DNA from: a virus
Taxonomy: Duplodnaviria > Caudoviricetes
Virus record (IMG/VR): IMGVR_UViG_3300048576_000582
Coordinates: 1-47,494 of that record
Reading direction: 5' to 3' (one strand)
Length of the DNA stretch: 47,494 bases
Under the pieces are notes generated by a model. It searched no databases, had not been told where the DNA came from, and worked only from the letters and a program-made list of their open reading frames with translations. This document shows, piece after piece, positions 17,570-27,609 of the stretch. Numbering within the stretch: the stretch's first letter is position 1; each line of letters starts with the position of its first letter. Made by a program: the position numbers and the translations under genes.

Positions 17570-18092
17570 AAAACGAATCGTTGCAATCTGGACTGACGGA
17601 TCCTGCATATACCGAAACAATGGACACGGCCCGGGCGGTTGGGCCTACTTAATTCAAATTAGAAAAGCCCGGGCTGATAATCAATTAGGCAAAATGACTC
17701 ATCATTACGAGGGTTCCGGCGGTTATAATGTCACAACTATCAACGAAATGGAATTGACTGCAGCAGTTGAAGCGTTACAGTGCATCCGGAACAATCCAAG
17801 AATATCAATTCAGCATCACTACAAAGTTTATTCCGATAGCACGTACTTAGTTGATGGGATGAATGGTATAGGTGAACTAGACGATTTAAACAATCATTGC
17901 CCCGCAAACAATCAGTATTTATGGGACAAGCTTCATGGATTAAGCGATGGACTGAAAATTGAGTGGATTTGGATTAAAGGTCATGCCGGCTGCCATGAAA
18001 ATCAATACCAATTCGCCGGATGGAAATCTTTTAATTGCTGCCATTGGATTGCTGCAATGTCAACCGGGATTTACCAACAAAACTCCGGATGA
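17517..18092 (+). CDS. RNase HI-like protein with aberrant C-terminus
   Basis: WTDGSC, TINEMELTA, YSDSTY, WIKGHAG..EN; final catalytic Asp not seen; start may be 17556. Confidence 0.8.
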   Translation: MWRIAITNIQTKSMGCNKKRIVAIWTDGSCIYRNNGHGPGGWAYLIQIRKARADNQLGKMTHHYEGSGGYNVTTINEMELTAAVEALQCIRNNPRISIQHHYKVYSDSTYLVDGMNGIGELDDLNNHCPANNQYLWDKLHGLSDGLKIEWIWIKGHAGCHENQYQFAGWKSFNCCHWIAAMSTGIYQQNSG

Positions 18093-18172
18093 TATTGTCC
18101 GGGAACTTGCAGAAATGGCGAAAGACTGGACATGTTTTGAGATATACAACCAAACATAAGGAGGTTTTCATC

Positions 18173-18346
18173 ATGGCTGTGTTTCGTTTTGATGATGACC
18201 GGGTTGGTGAAGCGGTTTTCGAAACCATAACTAGTCCGTGTGAAGTTTGCCCGGTTTATCATCAGTGCAAGTATTCGACCGACCAGGGCGGTGATCGGTG
18301 CGTCGAAAAAGTCACCGAATACTATGAAAGGGAATTTAACCGATGA
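18173..18346 (+). CDS. Small Cys-rich protein
   Basis: AAGGAGG RBS before MAVFRFDD; CEVC...C...C. Confidence 0.55.
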   Translation: MAVFRFDDDRVGEAVFETITSPCEVCPVYHQCKYSTDQGGDRCVEKVTEYYEREFNR

Positions 18347-18699
18347 AATACATCAAACAATCCATTCTTGACCCTGAAAACGGCGATTGTTTCCGCGCTT
18401 GCGTTTGTTCCATACTTGAGTTGGACCCCGCCACCGTCCCGAATTTTTGTTCGTATTCAGTGGACCAATGGTGGGGACGATTTATTGACTGGGCAAAATC
18501 ATCGGGTTATGCCTTATACTGGGGAACTTATCCGCCGATGCATGTTGAATATTACATTGTATCTGGTAAATCTCCTAGATATCCGAACCGGTTGCATTCA
18601 GTAGTATGGCATAATTACGAAATGGTGCACGATCCCCATCCGGACGGTACCGGTATTAAGTCAATTACGGATTATATTTGGCTGGAGAAGGTGGGTTAA
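18343..18699 (+). CDS. Papain/C39-like fold protein with intact Cys-His-Asp
   Basis: Q...GDCFRAC...HSVV...HDPHP. Confidence 0.55.
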   Translation: MKYIKQSILDPENGDCFRACVCSILELDPATVPNFCSYSVDQWWGRFIDWAKSSGYALYWGTYPPMHVEYYIVSGKSPRYPNRLHSVVWHNYEMVHDPHPDGTGIKSITDYIWLEKVG

Positions 18700-18971
18700 T
18701 GAAAGTCACAACTCAACAATTCAAAGACCAAGCCTTTGGGGAATCATCCGAGGAAATGGCACTGAATTACCTGATTAATCAGTTTGCCGAGCAGCTACGG
18801 GAAAGGGTCCTGTCAAAATTACGGGAAGGGTACACCGGCTGGGACAATCCGGATGAAGTTTCCACGCGAAGTTTAGAGGTGTTACTTAGAAAAAATTTGA
18901 CTCCTGCATCCATGGATTTTATCGATGTTGGGGTACTGGCCGCCATGATTTGGAATCGAAAAAATGGCTAA
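18678..18971 (+). CDS. Hypothetical phage protein
   Basis: Coupled ORF; probable start 18699. Confidence 0.55.
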   Translation: MAGEGGLMKVTTQQFKDQAFGESSEEMALNYLINQFAEQLRERVLSKLREGYTGWDNPDEVSTRSLEVLLRKNLTPASMDFIDVGVLAAMIWNRKNG

Positions 18972-19164
18972 TCCAAAAAATCCGGATCAGTACGAATACC
19001 ACGGCCATATGATTATACGACTAAAAGATCGATGCCCAAAGTGTAACCAACGACTAAAAAAGTTTGATGAATTCATGATTTACTGCGATTGTAATCAATA
19101 TGCTAAACGGATTGACGATGACCCCGGCGCCGGCTCCGGAATAAAAAATGAGGTGAAACAATGA
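18964..19164 (+). CDS. Zn-ribbon protein
   Basis: CPKC...YCDC. Confidence 0.55.
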   Translation: MANPKNPDQYEYHGHMIIRLKDRCPKCNQRLKKFDEFMIYCDCNQYAKRIDDDPGAGSGIKNEVKQ

Positions 19165-19523
19165 TTGATAAATCGCTTCTCCCTCTCAAAGCGGCAGCGG
19201 CACGACACCGGATTCCGTTCCCGGAATATCTGGATCATATCATCGCGGGTGAATTGTACTGTACCAATTGCCGAAAATTTGAAGCTAAAATCTTTTTTAC
19301 GAACAGCGATGGTGTTATAAAATCAAATCACTGTTTGGCTTTTCGAAAAAATAAACCCATCGTTGTAATTACAAACAAAAAAGAAATGTTAAAACTGGCT
19401 GATGCTTTGGTGTCTGCGATACAATACGATTTAAGCGATGATATTATCGAAAACATTATGGACCGGTTACAAACGGAAATGGAAAAGGTTAAAACCTATT
19501 ACAAAACGGGGGATTCGGGATGA
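19161..19523 (+). CDS. Hypothetical Zn-binding protein
   Basis: YCTNC; ATGA coupling. Confidence 0.5.
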   Translation: MIDKSLLPLKAAAARHRIPFPEYLDHIIAGELYCTNCRKFEAKIFFTNSDGVIKSNHCLAFRKNKPIVVITNKKEMLKLADALVSAIQYDLSDDIIENIMDRLQTEMEKVKTYYKTGDSG

Positions 19524-20131
19524 ATTTTGTACAGCCCATACGGGAGCCGGAGCAGATAGACGCCATCGAGGACCTGTTAAAAAAACTGGGTCAAATGTGG
19601 TATTTGATTTGGTTGGTTGGAATCTATGCCGGCCTCCGATGTGGCGATATCCTCCAGCTCCGGGTGGGTGATGTCCGGGACCAGACCCATATTAAACTCA
19701 AAGAGCAGAAAACCGGAAAAGTCAAAGAATTACTGATACATCCAAAGCTAAAGCAATCATTAAAAGAATACATCAAGGGTAAGCCGGATTGGGAAGTATT
19801 ATTCCCCAGCCGGGAAGGCAAGAATAAACCGCTGACCACTACCCGGGTTTATCAAGTTATCAAAGAAGTTGCTAAGGAGGCCGGAATCCAGGATACGATT
19901 GGTACCCATTCCATGCGGAAAACATTCGGATACTGGTTTTATGACCAATATCGAAGGAGCAATCAAAAAGGTCCGGTCTTCGCCCTGGCGTTCCTGCGGG
20001 AATGGTTCGGTCATACTTCGGAGGCCATCACCGCCAGGTATATTGGATTAAACCGGGACATTTTTGACCAGGCGGTCCGGACGCTTCGGATCGGGACCAA
20101 GAGAGGGAAACGGACGGGTGGCGAAGAATAA
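19520..20131 (+). CDS. Short tyrosine recombinase (catalytic domain only)
   Basis: GLR, K, HSMR, FGH, RY catalytic residues. Confidence 0.9.
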   Translation: MNFVQPIREPEQIDAIEDLLKKLGQMWYLIWLVGIYAGLRCGDILQLRVGDVRDQTHIKLKEQKTGKVKELLIHPKLKQSLKEYIKGKPDWEVLFPSREGKNKPLTTTRVYQVIKEVAKEAGIQDTIGTHSMRKTFGYWFYDQYRRSNQKGPVFALAFLREWFGHTSEAITARYIGLNRDIFDQAVRTLRIGTKRGKRTGGEE

Positions 20132-20169
20132 GATAATTTGGAAAATATGATGGGTGGGGTATTGAAAAG

Positions 20170-20370
20170 ATGAACGGTAAGGATTTCGTAAATTTTCTCG
20201 AAAAGAATCAAGTTACAATTGATCCGATTTTGGCTGTAATGATTAGCCATTGCGAATTTGATTTTAAGTTGGAAGTAACCAATGAAGAATTAGCCAAAAA
20301 CAAAGAGGTCAAGGTGTGGCTTGATGATTGCAAAAACGCAATCGTAAAAGCAGCTCAGGAGGCAAAATAA
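20170..20370 (+). CDS. Hypothetical protein
   Basis: Short ORF. Confidence 0.45.
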   Translation: MNGKDFVNFLEKNQVTIDPILAVMISHCEFDFKLEVTNEELAKNKEVKVWLDDCKNAIVKAAQEAK

Positions 20371-20469
20371 TGGATACATCAGGAATGGACTTTTTAAAAA
20401 GCAATTACAGCATATAACCCGATTATTTAATCAGTAATCAGCAATAACGGCAAAATTTAACCGAATTTA

Positions 20470-20503
20470 GCGAAATCCGAATTTGTATAATTTCGGATTT
20501 CGC
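20470..20503. other. 34-bp lox/dif-like site (13-8-13)
   Basis: GCGAAATCCGAAT-TTGTATAA-TTTCGGATTTCGC. Confidence 0.5.
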
Positions 20504-20511
20504 CCATTATT

Positions 20512-20537
20512 AAAACTGTCTTTCAGGCAGTTTTTTT
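20512..20537 (+). terminator. Rho-independent terminator
   Basis: AAAACTGTCT/AGGCAGTTTT hairpin plus T run. Confidence 0.65.
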
Positions 20538-20566
20538 GTTTTATATAACCTCAAGGAGATGATCAC

Positions 20567-21136
20567 ATGCCGGAACCAATCTATGTACAATCAAGCGCCA
20601 ATGAAAATACCCGAGTCATTCCGATGGCGGATCATTCAACGGCATCGTTAATTTCAGTGGATTTTATCCAGCATAAAATAAACGCCGGCGATCATTTTAT
20701 TGCTCACAGCTATGATACGGACGTTGATACCGCTGGCCCGAAGTATTGGAAAATCATAACACCGGATACCACCAAATGGGCTCACATGATTTTTGCTTAT
20801 TCTTGTTCAGCGGCCGGTTTATGGGAGATATATGAAAATCCCACTTACGGGACAACTCCGGCAGCAGGTACTGCAGTAACCGCATATAACAGCAATCGCA
20901 ATTCTAATACTGCAAGCGGATTGACATTAAAGGTAGACCCGACTCTGGGCAGCGGAGGAGCAGCTGACGCCGGAACATTAATTTGGGCTGAATACATGGC
21001 AGCTGCCGGCAGCTCGGAAAAGTGTAAATTGATTTTAAAACAAAATGAGGATTATATCATCCGATTTACTCCGGATGCGGATAACACCAAAGCGGATTTG
21101 ATGCTAACCTGGTTTGAACATACCAATGAAAGCTAG
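20567..21136 (+). CDS. Beta-rich probable virion accessory protein
   Basis: T/A/G-rich composition; first late-module gene. Confidence 0.4.
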   Translation: MPEPIYVQSSANENTRVIPMADHSTASLISVDFIQHKINAGDHFIAHSYDTDVDTAGPKYWKIITPDTTKWAHMIFAYSCSAAGLWEIYENPTYGTTPAAGTAVTAYNSNRNSNTASGLTLKVDPTLGSGGAADAGTLIWAEYMAAAGSSEKCKLILKQNEDYIIRFTPDADNTKADLMLTWFEHTNES

Positions 21137-21835
21137 GTGTCAGTTATGGCTTGGAAAAATAAGCGACGCCGGCCAGCCAAAAAAGAAGTCGTAAAAAAAC
21201 CAAAAACCGAGACCCAGGCGGCCATCGCCCAGAGAGTCAAAGATTCCAAAGAAAAATTTCTGACTCTTTTCCTTGAGGCTGACGGTAATATTTCCTTGGC
21301 AGTGGCTGAGGCGGGTATCAGCCGGGATACTCATTATGAGTGGATGAAAACAGACCCGGAGTATGCGGCCAAAATCAAGGTATATCAGACAGCACTGGAA
21401 GACCGGGAAAAACAAATGTTTTTGCTAACGCTGTCACAAAATGCTGACCTCAATATTACCAAAGCTGCAAAAATGTTAGATATTGACCGTGGAAAACATT
21501 ATGAATGGTTGAAAGATGAGAAATACGCCCAACAGTTTAAAGAAGTTCAAAATCAGATTGGTACTACTTTGGAAGCGGAAGCATTCCGAAGAGCGGTTAC
21601 CGGGACATTGAAACCAGTTTTTTATCAAGGCGATATAGTGGGACATATTCGGGAATACTCAGACGCCCTATTAATCAGATTGATGGAAGCTCATATGGAC
21701 CAATACAAAAGCGGAAAAGATATTAATATCAATAACAATATGAACATCTCACTTTCCGAAAGTATGGCAGCAGCCAGGGAGAGATGGCAAAATGCCACCA
21801 AACAAGAAAGCTCCAGCCGAATTGGAACTGATTGA
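21137..21835 (+). CDS. terS: Terminase small subunit with tandem HTH
   Basis: Two HTH repeats; EAEAFRRAVTG...EYSDALLI. Confidence 0.8.
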   Translation: MSVMAWKNKRRRPAKKEVVKKPKTETQAAIAQRVKDSKEKFLTLFLEADGNISLAVAEAGISRDTHYEWMKTDPEYAAKIKVYQTALEDREKQMFLLTLSQNADLNITKAAKMLDIDRGKHYEWLKDEKYAQQFKEVQNQIGTTLEAEAFRRAVTGTLKPVFYQGDIVGHIREYSDALLIRLMEAHMDQYKSGKDININNNMNISLSESMAAARERWQNATKQESSSRIGTD

Positions 21836-23339
21836 AGACATCGCAAAATTTACCTTTGACCCATATGGATTTGTCATCTATGCGTTTTCATGGGGTGAAG
21901 GTGAATTAAAAGATTTTAGCGGGCCCGATCAGTGGCAAAAAGAAATTTTAATTGAAATCGGTGATTTGTTAAAAGCCGGCGTAAATTTCAACGAAGCATT
22001 TAATTTGGTTATCCAGGAGGCGGTGGCCAGCGGGAATGGGATCGGAAAATCAACCCTGATCGCCTGGCTAATTCTCTGGGGGATGTCCACTCAAGAAGAC
22101 ACCCGGGGAGTCGTCACCGCCGGAACGGATACCCAGCTTAAAACAAAAACTTGGTCTGAACTAGCAAAATGGCACCGTTTGTGTATATGCGGTTATTGGT
22201 TTAAATATGAGGCTACATCAATTCATTCAGTTGAACCAAAGCACGAAAAAACCTGGCGCATTGATGCAATCCCTTGGAATAAAACCAGGCCGGATGCATT
22301 TGCCGGGCTTCACAATTATGGTAAAAGAATCATGATCCTCTGCGATGAGGCCTCGGCGATTGATGATGTCATTTACGATGATGGCATTAAAGGAGCTCTT
22401 ACAGATAGCAATACGCAAATTATTTTTGTAGCTTTCGGGAATCCGGTTCGAAATTACGGATGGTTCCGGGAATGTTTCAGGAAGCAGCGGCACCGGTGGC
22501 ATATTCGCCAAATCGACAGCCGGTCCGTAAAAATATCCAACAAAACACAAATTGCTCAATGGATTGAAGATTATGGCATAGACAGCGATTTTGTCAAAGC
22601 TCATGTGCGCGGGGAATTTCCCAACGCGTCGGACCTGCAATTCATTTCCGAGGCCATCATTACCCCGGCCAGGGGAAGACATCTTCGTCTGGAGCAATAC
22701 AATTTCGCGGCAAAAATTCTTACGTGCGACCCGGCGTGGACCGGCGGTGATGAAACGGTCATTGGGCTCCGGCAGGGGCTGGCCTTTAAGATTTTAGGAA
22801 AATATGCGCGCAATGATAATGATGCAGTTATTGCCGGTTATTTAATGGGATTTGAGGACCAATATCAAGCGGATGCCGTATTCATCGATTTTGGTTTTGG
22901 TACCGGAATATACAGCTTTGGAAAAGAGTCCGGTCGGCATTGGACTTTAGTCGAGTTTGGCGGGGCCTCGAGTGATCCGGGATATTTGAATAAACGGGCT
23001 GAAATGTGGAAGCTGATGAAGGATTGGTTGCGTGAGGGCGGGGCCATCCCGGATGATCCTCAGCTGGCGGAAGAATTAATGATACCGGAATACCGGGTGA
23101 AAGCCACCGGAAAAGATTCCGGGAAAATCTATCTCGAATCCAAGGAAGACATTCGGGCAAAGGGACTGCCCTCCCCCAACCGGGCGGATGCGTTGGCCAT
23201 ATCGTTTGCTGTCCCAGTGCAACCAAAAAATAATTCAAGAAACAACAGCAAATTAAACTTTGCCAATTCCCAGTATGATGTTTTGAATACGTTTGGCGGA
23301 GTTCAGTCAGATTATGACGTTTTAGACTTAGCAGCTTAA
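21792..23339 (+). CDS. terL: Terminase large subunit
   Basis: SGNGIGKS Walker A, CDEAS, GNP, nuclease DPA...SPNRADAL. Confidence 0.93.
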   Translation: MPPNKKAPAELELIEDIAKFTFDPYGFVIYAFSWGEGELKDFSGPDQWQKEILIEIGDLLKAGVNFNEAFNLVIQEAVASGNGIGKSTLIAWLILWGMSTQEDTRGVVTAGTDTQLKTKTWSELAKWHRLCICGYWFKYEATSIHSVEPKHEKTWRIDAIPWNKTRPDAFAGLHNYGKRIMILCDEASAIDDVIYDDGIKGALTDSNTQIIFVAFGNPVRNYGWFRECFRKQRHRWHIRQIDSRSVKISNKTQIAQWIEDYGIDSDFVKAHVRGEFPNASDLQFISEAIITPARGRHLRLEQYNFAAKILTCDPAWTGGDETVIGLRQGLAFKILGKYARNDNDAVIAGYLMGFEDQYQADAVFIDFGFGTGIYSFGKESGRHWTLVEFGGASSDPGYLNKRAEMWKLMKDWLREGGAIPDDPQLAEELMIPEYRVKATGKDSGKIYLESKEDIRAKGLPSPNRADALAISFAVPVQPKNNSRNNSKLNFANSQYDVLNTFGGVQSDYDVLDLAA

Positions 23340-23351
23340 TAAAAAAATGGG

Positions 23352-23741
23352 GTGATAATTATGGGAAGTGGAGGTGGTTCAGGTGGCGGAGGGGGCGGTG
23401 GATACAGCGGTCCGAATTACAGTAAATCAGATAGTTATAATGCCAATCAATCAAAGCAATCGGGTCCAAGCAGCTCAGTAAATTATGGTCAATACGGTCA
23501 AGGAGGGAATTCGACAAACTCCTTCTTACCAAAAAAGAAAAAAACTCCCGAAGAAGACACCAATATTTTACCGCCTGTATTGCCCACGGACCAAAGTCCG
23601 GAAGTATTAAATGCGGTGGAAGAAAAGCGCCGCAGGGATGCAATGCGATTTGGATACATGTCTACTTTTTTTAATACAGGTGGATACAAAGGCGATACAT
23701 CCTTGGCAAACGTGACAAAAAATATGATTTCAGGCAGGTGA
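23352..23741 (+). CDS. G/S-rich small virion protein
   Basis: Position between terL and portal. Confidence 0.5.
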   Translation: MIIMGSGGGSGGGGGGGYSGPNYSKSDSYNANQSKQSGPSSSVNYGQYGQGGNSTNSFLPKKKKTPEEDTNILPPVLPTDQSPEVLNAVEEKRRRDAMRFGYMSTFFNTGGYKGDTSLANVTKNMISGR

Positions 23742-25417
23742 TCTCTATGATTATACAAGACCGGAAGCCTTACGAACGGCGTTTTAACTCATTGAAACAG
23801 GAATTCGAATCATGGAAATCCGCCTTTCAAAGTATCTCTAAATTCATCAATCCGGCATTGGGTTTTTTTGAGGGGACGCAACCCAATCGAGGGGAAATTT
23901 TAAACCATAAGGAGCTCATTGACTCGACACCAACCAGGGCCTCCAGGATATTTACGTCAGGGATGTATTCCGGGATGACTTCGCCGGCGCGGCCATGGTA
24001 TAAGTTAATTTTACCGGACCCCGATTTAAACAAATATCCTCCCGTTAAAGATTGGCTGAACGTCGTCGTCGAGCGTCAAATGGAAGTGTTTTCTAAAAGC
24101 AATATCTATAATATTTTGTGGTCCGTATATGAGGAATTGGGTGTTTTCAGTGTAGGAGCCGCGCTCATGAAAGAGGATTACGATGATGTTATTCGGGGCC
24201 GGGGCTTTACTGTGGGTGAATACTTTCTGGGTACCGGACCGGATCAGCGGGTGAATGCATTTGCCCGGATTGTTTGGATGACGGCTGTCCAAATGGTTAA
24301 CGAGTTTGGGCTGAATAATGTACGGACTGCCATCCAGGATGCATATAAGCAAAACCGCAATACCGATGAATGGTACCCGGTGTATCACCTTATCGAGGAA
24401 AATGACAGCAGGATTGAATCAAAAAAAGATTTTAAAAACATGAAGTTTCGGTCAATATACTGGGACCCCAGCGATAAAGCCAATACGGTTTTAAAAGTGG
24501 CCGGGTTTAAACGGTTTCCAATATTAGCACCGCGATGGAACCCGAAAGGATCGAATATTTACAGCAAATGCGGCCCGGGTTGGATGGCCCTGGGTGATGC
24601 TAAAACATTGCAAAAAGCTAATTTGGATTTGCTTATTATGTTGGATAAACAAGCCAACCCCCCATTACAGGCCAATGCAAGTATCCGAAATAAAGGCGGA
24701 GTTAATGTGGTACCCGGGGCCGTTACATGGCACGAAGGCTCCACCCCTGATGCGGGGGTTAAAACTGCGTATGAGGTTAATCCCAATATTCAAAGTCAAC
24801 GCGCCAATATTGCGGAAATTCAACAAGCGATTAAAGAGGATTTCTTTGTAGATATCTTTTTAATGATTGCCCAAGCCCCGAACAATGAAAAAACCATGTA
24901 TGAAGTGGCCAAAAAATATGAGGAAAAACTGACAATGCTGGGGGCGGTGTTGGAGCCGGTTGAAAATGAACTATTGGATCCACTGATAGATATTTCGTTT
25001 GACATTATGGTGGAAAATGGATTGTTACCTCCCCCACCTCCGGAGTTGGAAAATATGCCGTTGGGGGTTGAATATGTGTCGATGTTAGCCCAGGCCCAGA
25101 AAATGGTGGGCATAACATCGATTGAACAAACTGCCGGATTCGTCGGGAATTTAGCGGGAGTGTTTCCGGAAGTGAGGGACAAGTTTAATCCGGATGAAGC
25201 GGTGGACGAATACGTGAACATGTTGGGTACCCCATCCAAACTGATTCGCACGAATGATGAAGTTGCCCAAATTCGAAATGACCGGGCAAAGCAGCAACAA
25301 GCAGCCCAGCAGCAGGAAATGATGGCGGCCTCCATCCAGGGAGCAAAGACCCTTTCGGAAACGGATACCGGGAGTAATAACGCGCTGACCGCTTTGTTAG
25401 GAGGTGTTCAGCAATAG
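23738..25417 (+). CDS. Portal (head-tail connector, T7/BPP-1 type)
   Basis: GMTSPARPWY, APRW, EEKLTMLG, EYVSMLAQAQK. Confidence 0.92.
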   Translation: MISMIIQDRKPYERRFNSLKQEFESWKSAFQSISKFINPALGFFEGTQPNRGEILNHKELIDSTPTRASRIFTSGMYSGMTSPARPWYKLILPDPDLNKYPPVKDWLNVVVERQMEVFSKSNIYNILWSVYEELGVFSVGAALMKEDYDDVIRGRGFTVGEYFLGTGPDQRVNAFARIVWMTAVQMVNEFGLNNVRTAIQDAYKQNRNTDEWYPVYHLIEENDSRIESKKDFKNMKFRSIYWDPSDKANTVLKVAGFKRFPILAPRWNPKGSNIYSKCGPGWMALGDAKTLQKANLDLLIMLDKQANPPLQANASIRNKGGVNVVPGAVTWHEGSTPDAGVKTAYEVNPNIQSQRANIAEIQQAIKEDFFVDIFLMIAQAPNNEKTMYEVAKKYEEKLTMLGAVLEPVENELLDPLIDISFDIMVENGLLPPPPPELENMPLGVEYVSMLAQAQKMVGITSIEQTAGFVGNLAGVFPEVRDKFNPDEAVDEYVNMLGTPSKLIRTNDEVAQIRNDRAKQQQAAQQQEMMAASIQGAKTLSETDTGSNNALTALLGGVQQ

Positions 25418-25737
25418 AGCGCTACGATGTTCATGATATAAACGATAAACGCAGGGAACAAGAGCTGGCAGATTTCAAATGGATTATATCAGACCCCCGG
25501 GGGCGTCGGTGTATTTGGCGGTTTATTATGGAGTCCGGGTTTTTCAGCGAAAAGTTCCATGGAAATTCCCGGGATTTGTATGAAAAAGGATTACGGACCG
25601 GTGGGGCGTTTTTTATCCGGGAAATCATGGAGGTCAGCGGGTTTGAAGCGCTTGACCAAATGTATAAGGAATATCAAGATGATTTGAAAGTATTGGAGCA
25701 TGAACAAAATGCTACGAAATCCGATTCAGACCACTGA
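25414..25737 (+). CDS. Bbp19-like protein with probable ATA start
   Basis: Family motif ELADFKWIISDPRGRRCIWRF lies upstream of ATG 25528; AGGAGGTG RBS at 25399-25406. Confidence 0.7.
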   Translation: MERYDVHDINDKRREQELADFKWIISDPRGRRCIWRFIMESGFFSEKFHGNSRDLYEKGLRTGGAFFIREIMEVSGFEALDQMYKEYQDDLKVLEHEQNATKSDSDH

Positions 25738-25770
25738 TAGGATTTTAAATATATCAAAAGGAGGTTAGTC

Positions 25771-26535
25771 ATGGATAATGATATGAAAATCGGTTTCACG
25801 GATAACACCAAGGAAACTGATACGAAGGTTAAATTTGACTTACGGTTTTTTGGTGGGGATCCTCCGGTAGCTCCACCGGCCTCCCCTGCCACTCCGGAAA
25901 CAACATTGATTGATGAACCAACCCCGGATGGTTCCGACCCTCCGGCAGCTCCACCGGCCGGACCGGGTAATCCGGAAAAGACTTTGATTGATGAAGAGCC
26001 TCCAGCGGATCCAGCTGCCGATCCGGTCAAGGATAAAAAACCGGATGAAGTCAAACCGGAAACAGCCGGAGCCCCGGATTCGTATGCGGATTTCACATTT
26101 CCGGAGGGAGTGGCCATTGACACCGCGATTCATGATGAATTTAAGGGGTTAGCCAAAGAGATGAACCTTTCCCAGGAGCAGGCTCAAAAGTTCATTGATT
26201 TGGAATCCAAAGTGATTCAAACACAGATTAAAGGCCAAACCGAACTATTTACCCAAATGAAAAACGGTTGGAAAGATGAAACGATTAAATTACCCAATTA
26301 TAACGTGGAAAAGCCGTTTATTGGCAAGGCAATTAACCAAATTGCTGGTCCGGAGCTAGGTAAAGAATTTCGCACGTTAATGAATGATTCCGGTTTAGGG
26401 AATCATCCGGTCATAAATCAGTTTTTGATTCTGGCCGGAAAAGCCATCGCCGAAGATAATTTTCCGGACGGGAAGCCCAACGGGGCTCCAAAGAGCGATG
26501 GGGAAATTTTTTACCCCAATATGAACAAAAAGTAA
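25771..26535 (+). CDS. Capsid scaffolding protein
   Basis: Pro/acidic N-terminus; LSQEQAQK; GLGNHP; directly before capsid gene. Confidence 0.85.
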   Translation: MDNDMKIGFTDNTKETDTKVKFDLRFFGGDPPVAPPASPATPETTLIDEPTPDGSDPPAAPPAGPGNPEKTLIDEEPPADPAADPVKDKKPDEVKPETAGAPDSYADFTFPEGVAIDTAIHDEFKGLAKEMNLSQEQAQKFIDLESKVIQTQIKGQTELFTQMKNGWKDETIKLPNYNVEKPFIGKAINQIAGPELGKEFRTLMNDSGLGNHPVINQFLILAGKAIAEDNFPDGKPNGAPKSDGEIFYPNMNKK

Positions 26536-26573
26536 TACAAAGTAATAAAAAATTTAAAATGAGGTGAATTATT

Positions 26574-27566
26574 ATGGCAGTACCTACCAATCCGACCCTG
26601 GCCGATTGGGGCAAGGAAACAAGTGACGGAGTTGTAATGAAAATGATTGATATGTACAGCACTGTCAATGAAATGTTAATTGACATGGTTGTAGTTGAAT
26701 CCAATACTACCGTCGGAGAGAAAGCCGTTATTGAAGACGGAATTCCGGAAGTTGCTTGGCGTCAACTCAATCAGGGTGTTGTACCCAGTACGGACGCTAG
26801 TCACCCGATATTGTTTACCCCGGGGATCATGGAAGGCTATGGGCAGGTTGACGAAGAGCTGGTCAACATGTATGAGGACAAAGCCGGATATAGAGTTCGA
26901 AAAAACAGGAAGTTTATCGAGGCCATGTCCCAGGAGGGCGGATCTAAATTAATATATGGTGATCAGAAAGTCAATCCAGAGCAGATTACCGGCCTGGCTG
27001 CGTTTTATTCCGACGCCACCACCGCGGCTTCCAAAGCTAATATCATTAAAGGCGGCGGTTCCGGAGTAAAAAACACTTCCATGTATCTTGTTGTTTGGGG
27101 AGAAGAAAAAATCGCGGGATTTTTCCCGAAAGGTACCAAGGCCGGAATTCAGCACGAAGACAAGGGGCTCCAAAAGGTCACCCAGACCGGAAACAAAATT
27201 CTGTATATGTGGGAAGATCAGTACAAATGGAGACTTGGTTTAGCGGTTTATGACTGGAGGTACGCGTGCAGGATGTGCAATATTGACATAGATGCATTAT
27301 TGACCACTGGGAAAACCACGGATACTTCGGCAAACTTGCTGGATATGATGATTGAATCCTTAAACACGGTCCATGATTTGAACGGAAGGGCGGCGTTTTA
27401 TTGCAACCGTACTGTTAAAACCGCTCTCGACAAAAAAGCGCTCAACAAAGCCACAGCCACGCTTACCATTGATACCCTGGAAAACGGGAAACCGATAACC
27501 AAATTCCTGGGTTACCCGATCCGGCGGGTGGATGCGCTGTTAAATTCCGAAGGAACTGTGGTGTAA
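26574..27566 (+). CDS. Major capsid protein (BPP-1 Bbp17-like)
   Basis: WRQLNQGV, DWRYACR.CNID, FYCNRT, PIRRVDALLN.E. Confidence 0.9.
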   Translation: MAVPTNPTLADWGKETSDGVVMKMIDMYSTVNEMLIDMVVVESNTTVGEKAVIEDGIPEVAWRQLNQGVVPSTDASHPILFTPGIMEGYGQVDEELVNMYEDKAGYRVRKNRKFIEAMSQEGGSKLIYGDQKVNPEQITGLAAFYSDATTAASKANIIKGGGSGVKNTSMYLVVWGEEKIAGFFPKGTKAGIQHEDKGLQKVTQTGNKILYMWEDQYKWRLGLAVYDWRYACRMCNIDIDALLTTGKTTDTSANLLDMMIESLNTVHDLNGRAAFYCNRTVKTALDKKALNKATATLTIDTLENGKPITKFLGYPIRRVDALLNSEGTVV

Positions 27567-27609
27567 TTGGTCAGATAAATTCATTATTTTAACGAAAGGA
27601 GGAATTTCA

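Noticed and set aside
19520-20131. Tyrosine recombinase as the prophage integrase
   Set aside because: Internal position, no arm-binding domain; att sites fit the serine integrase
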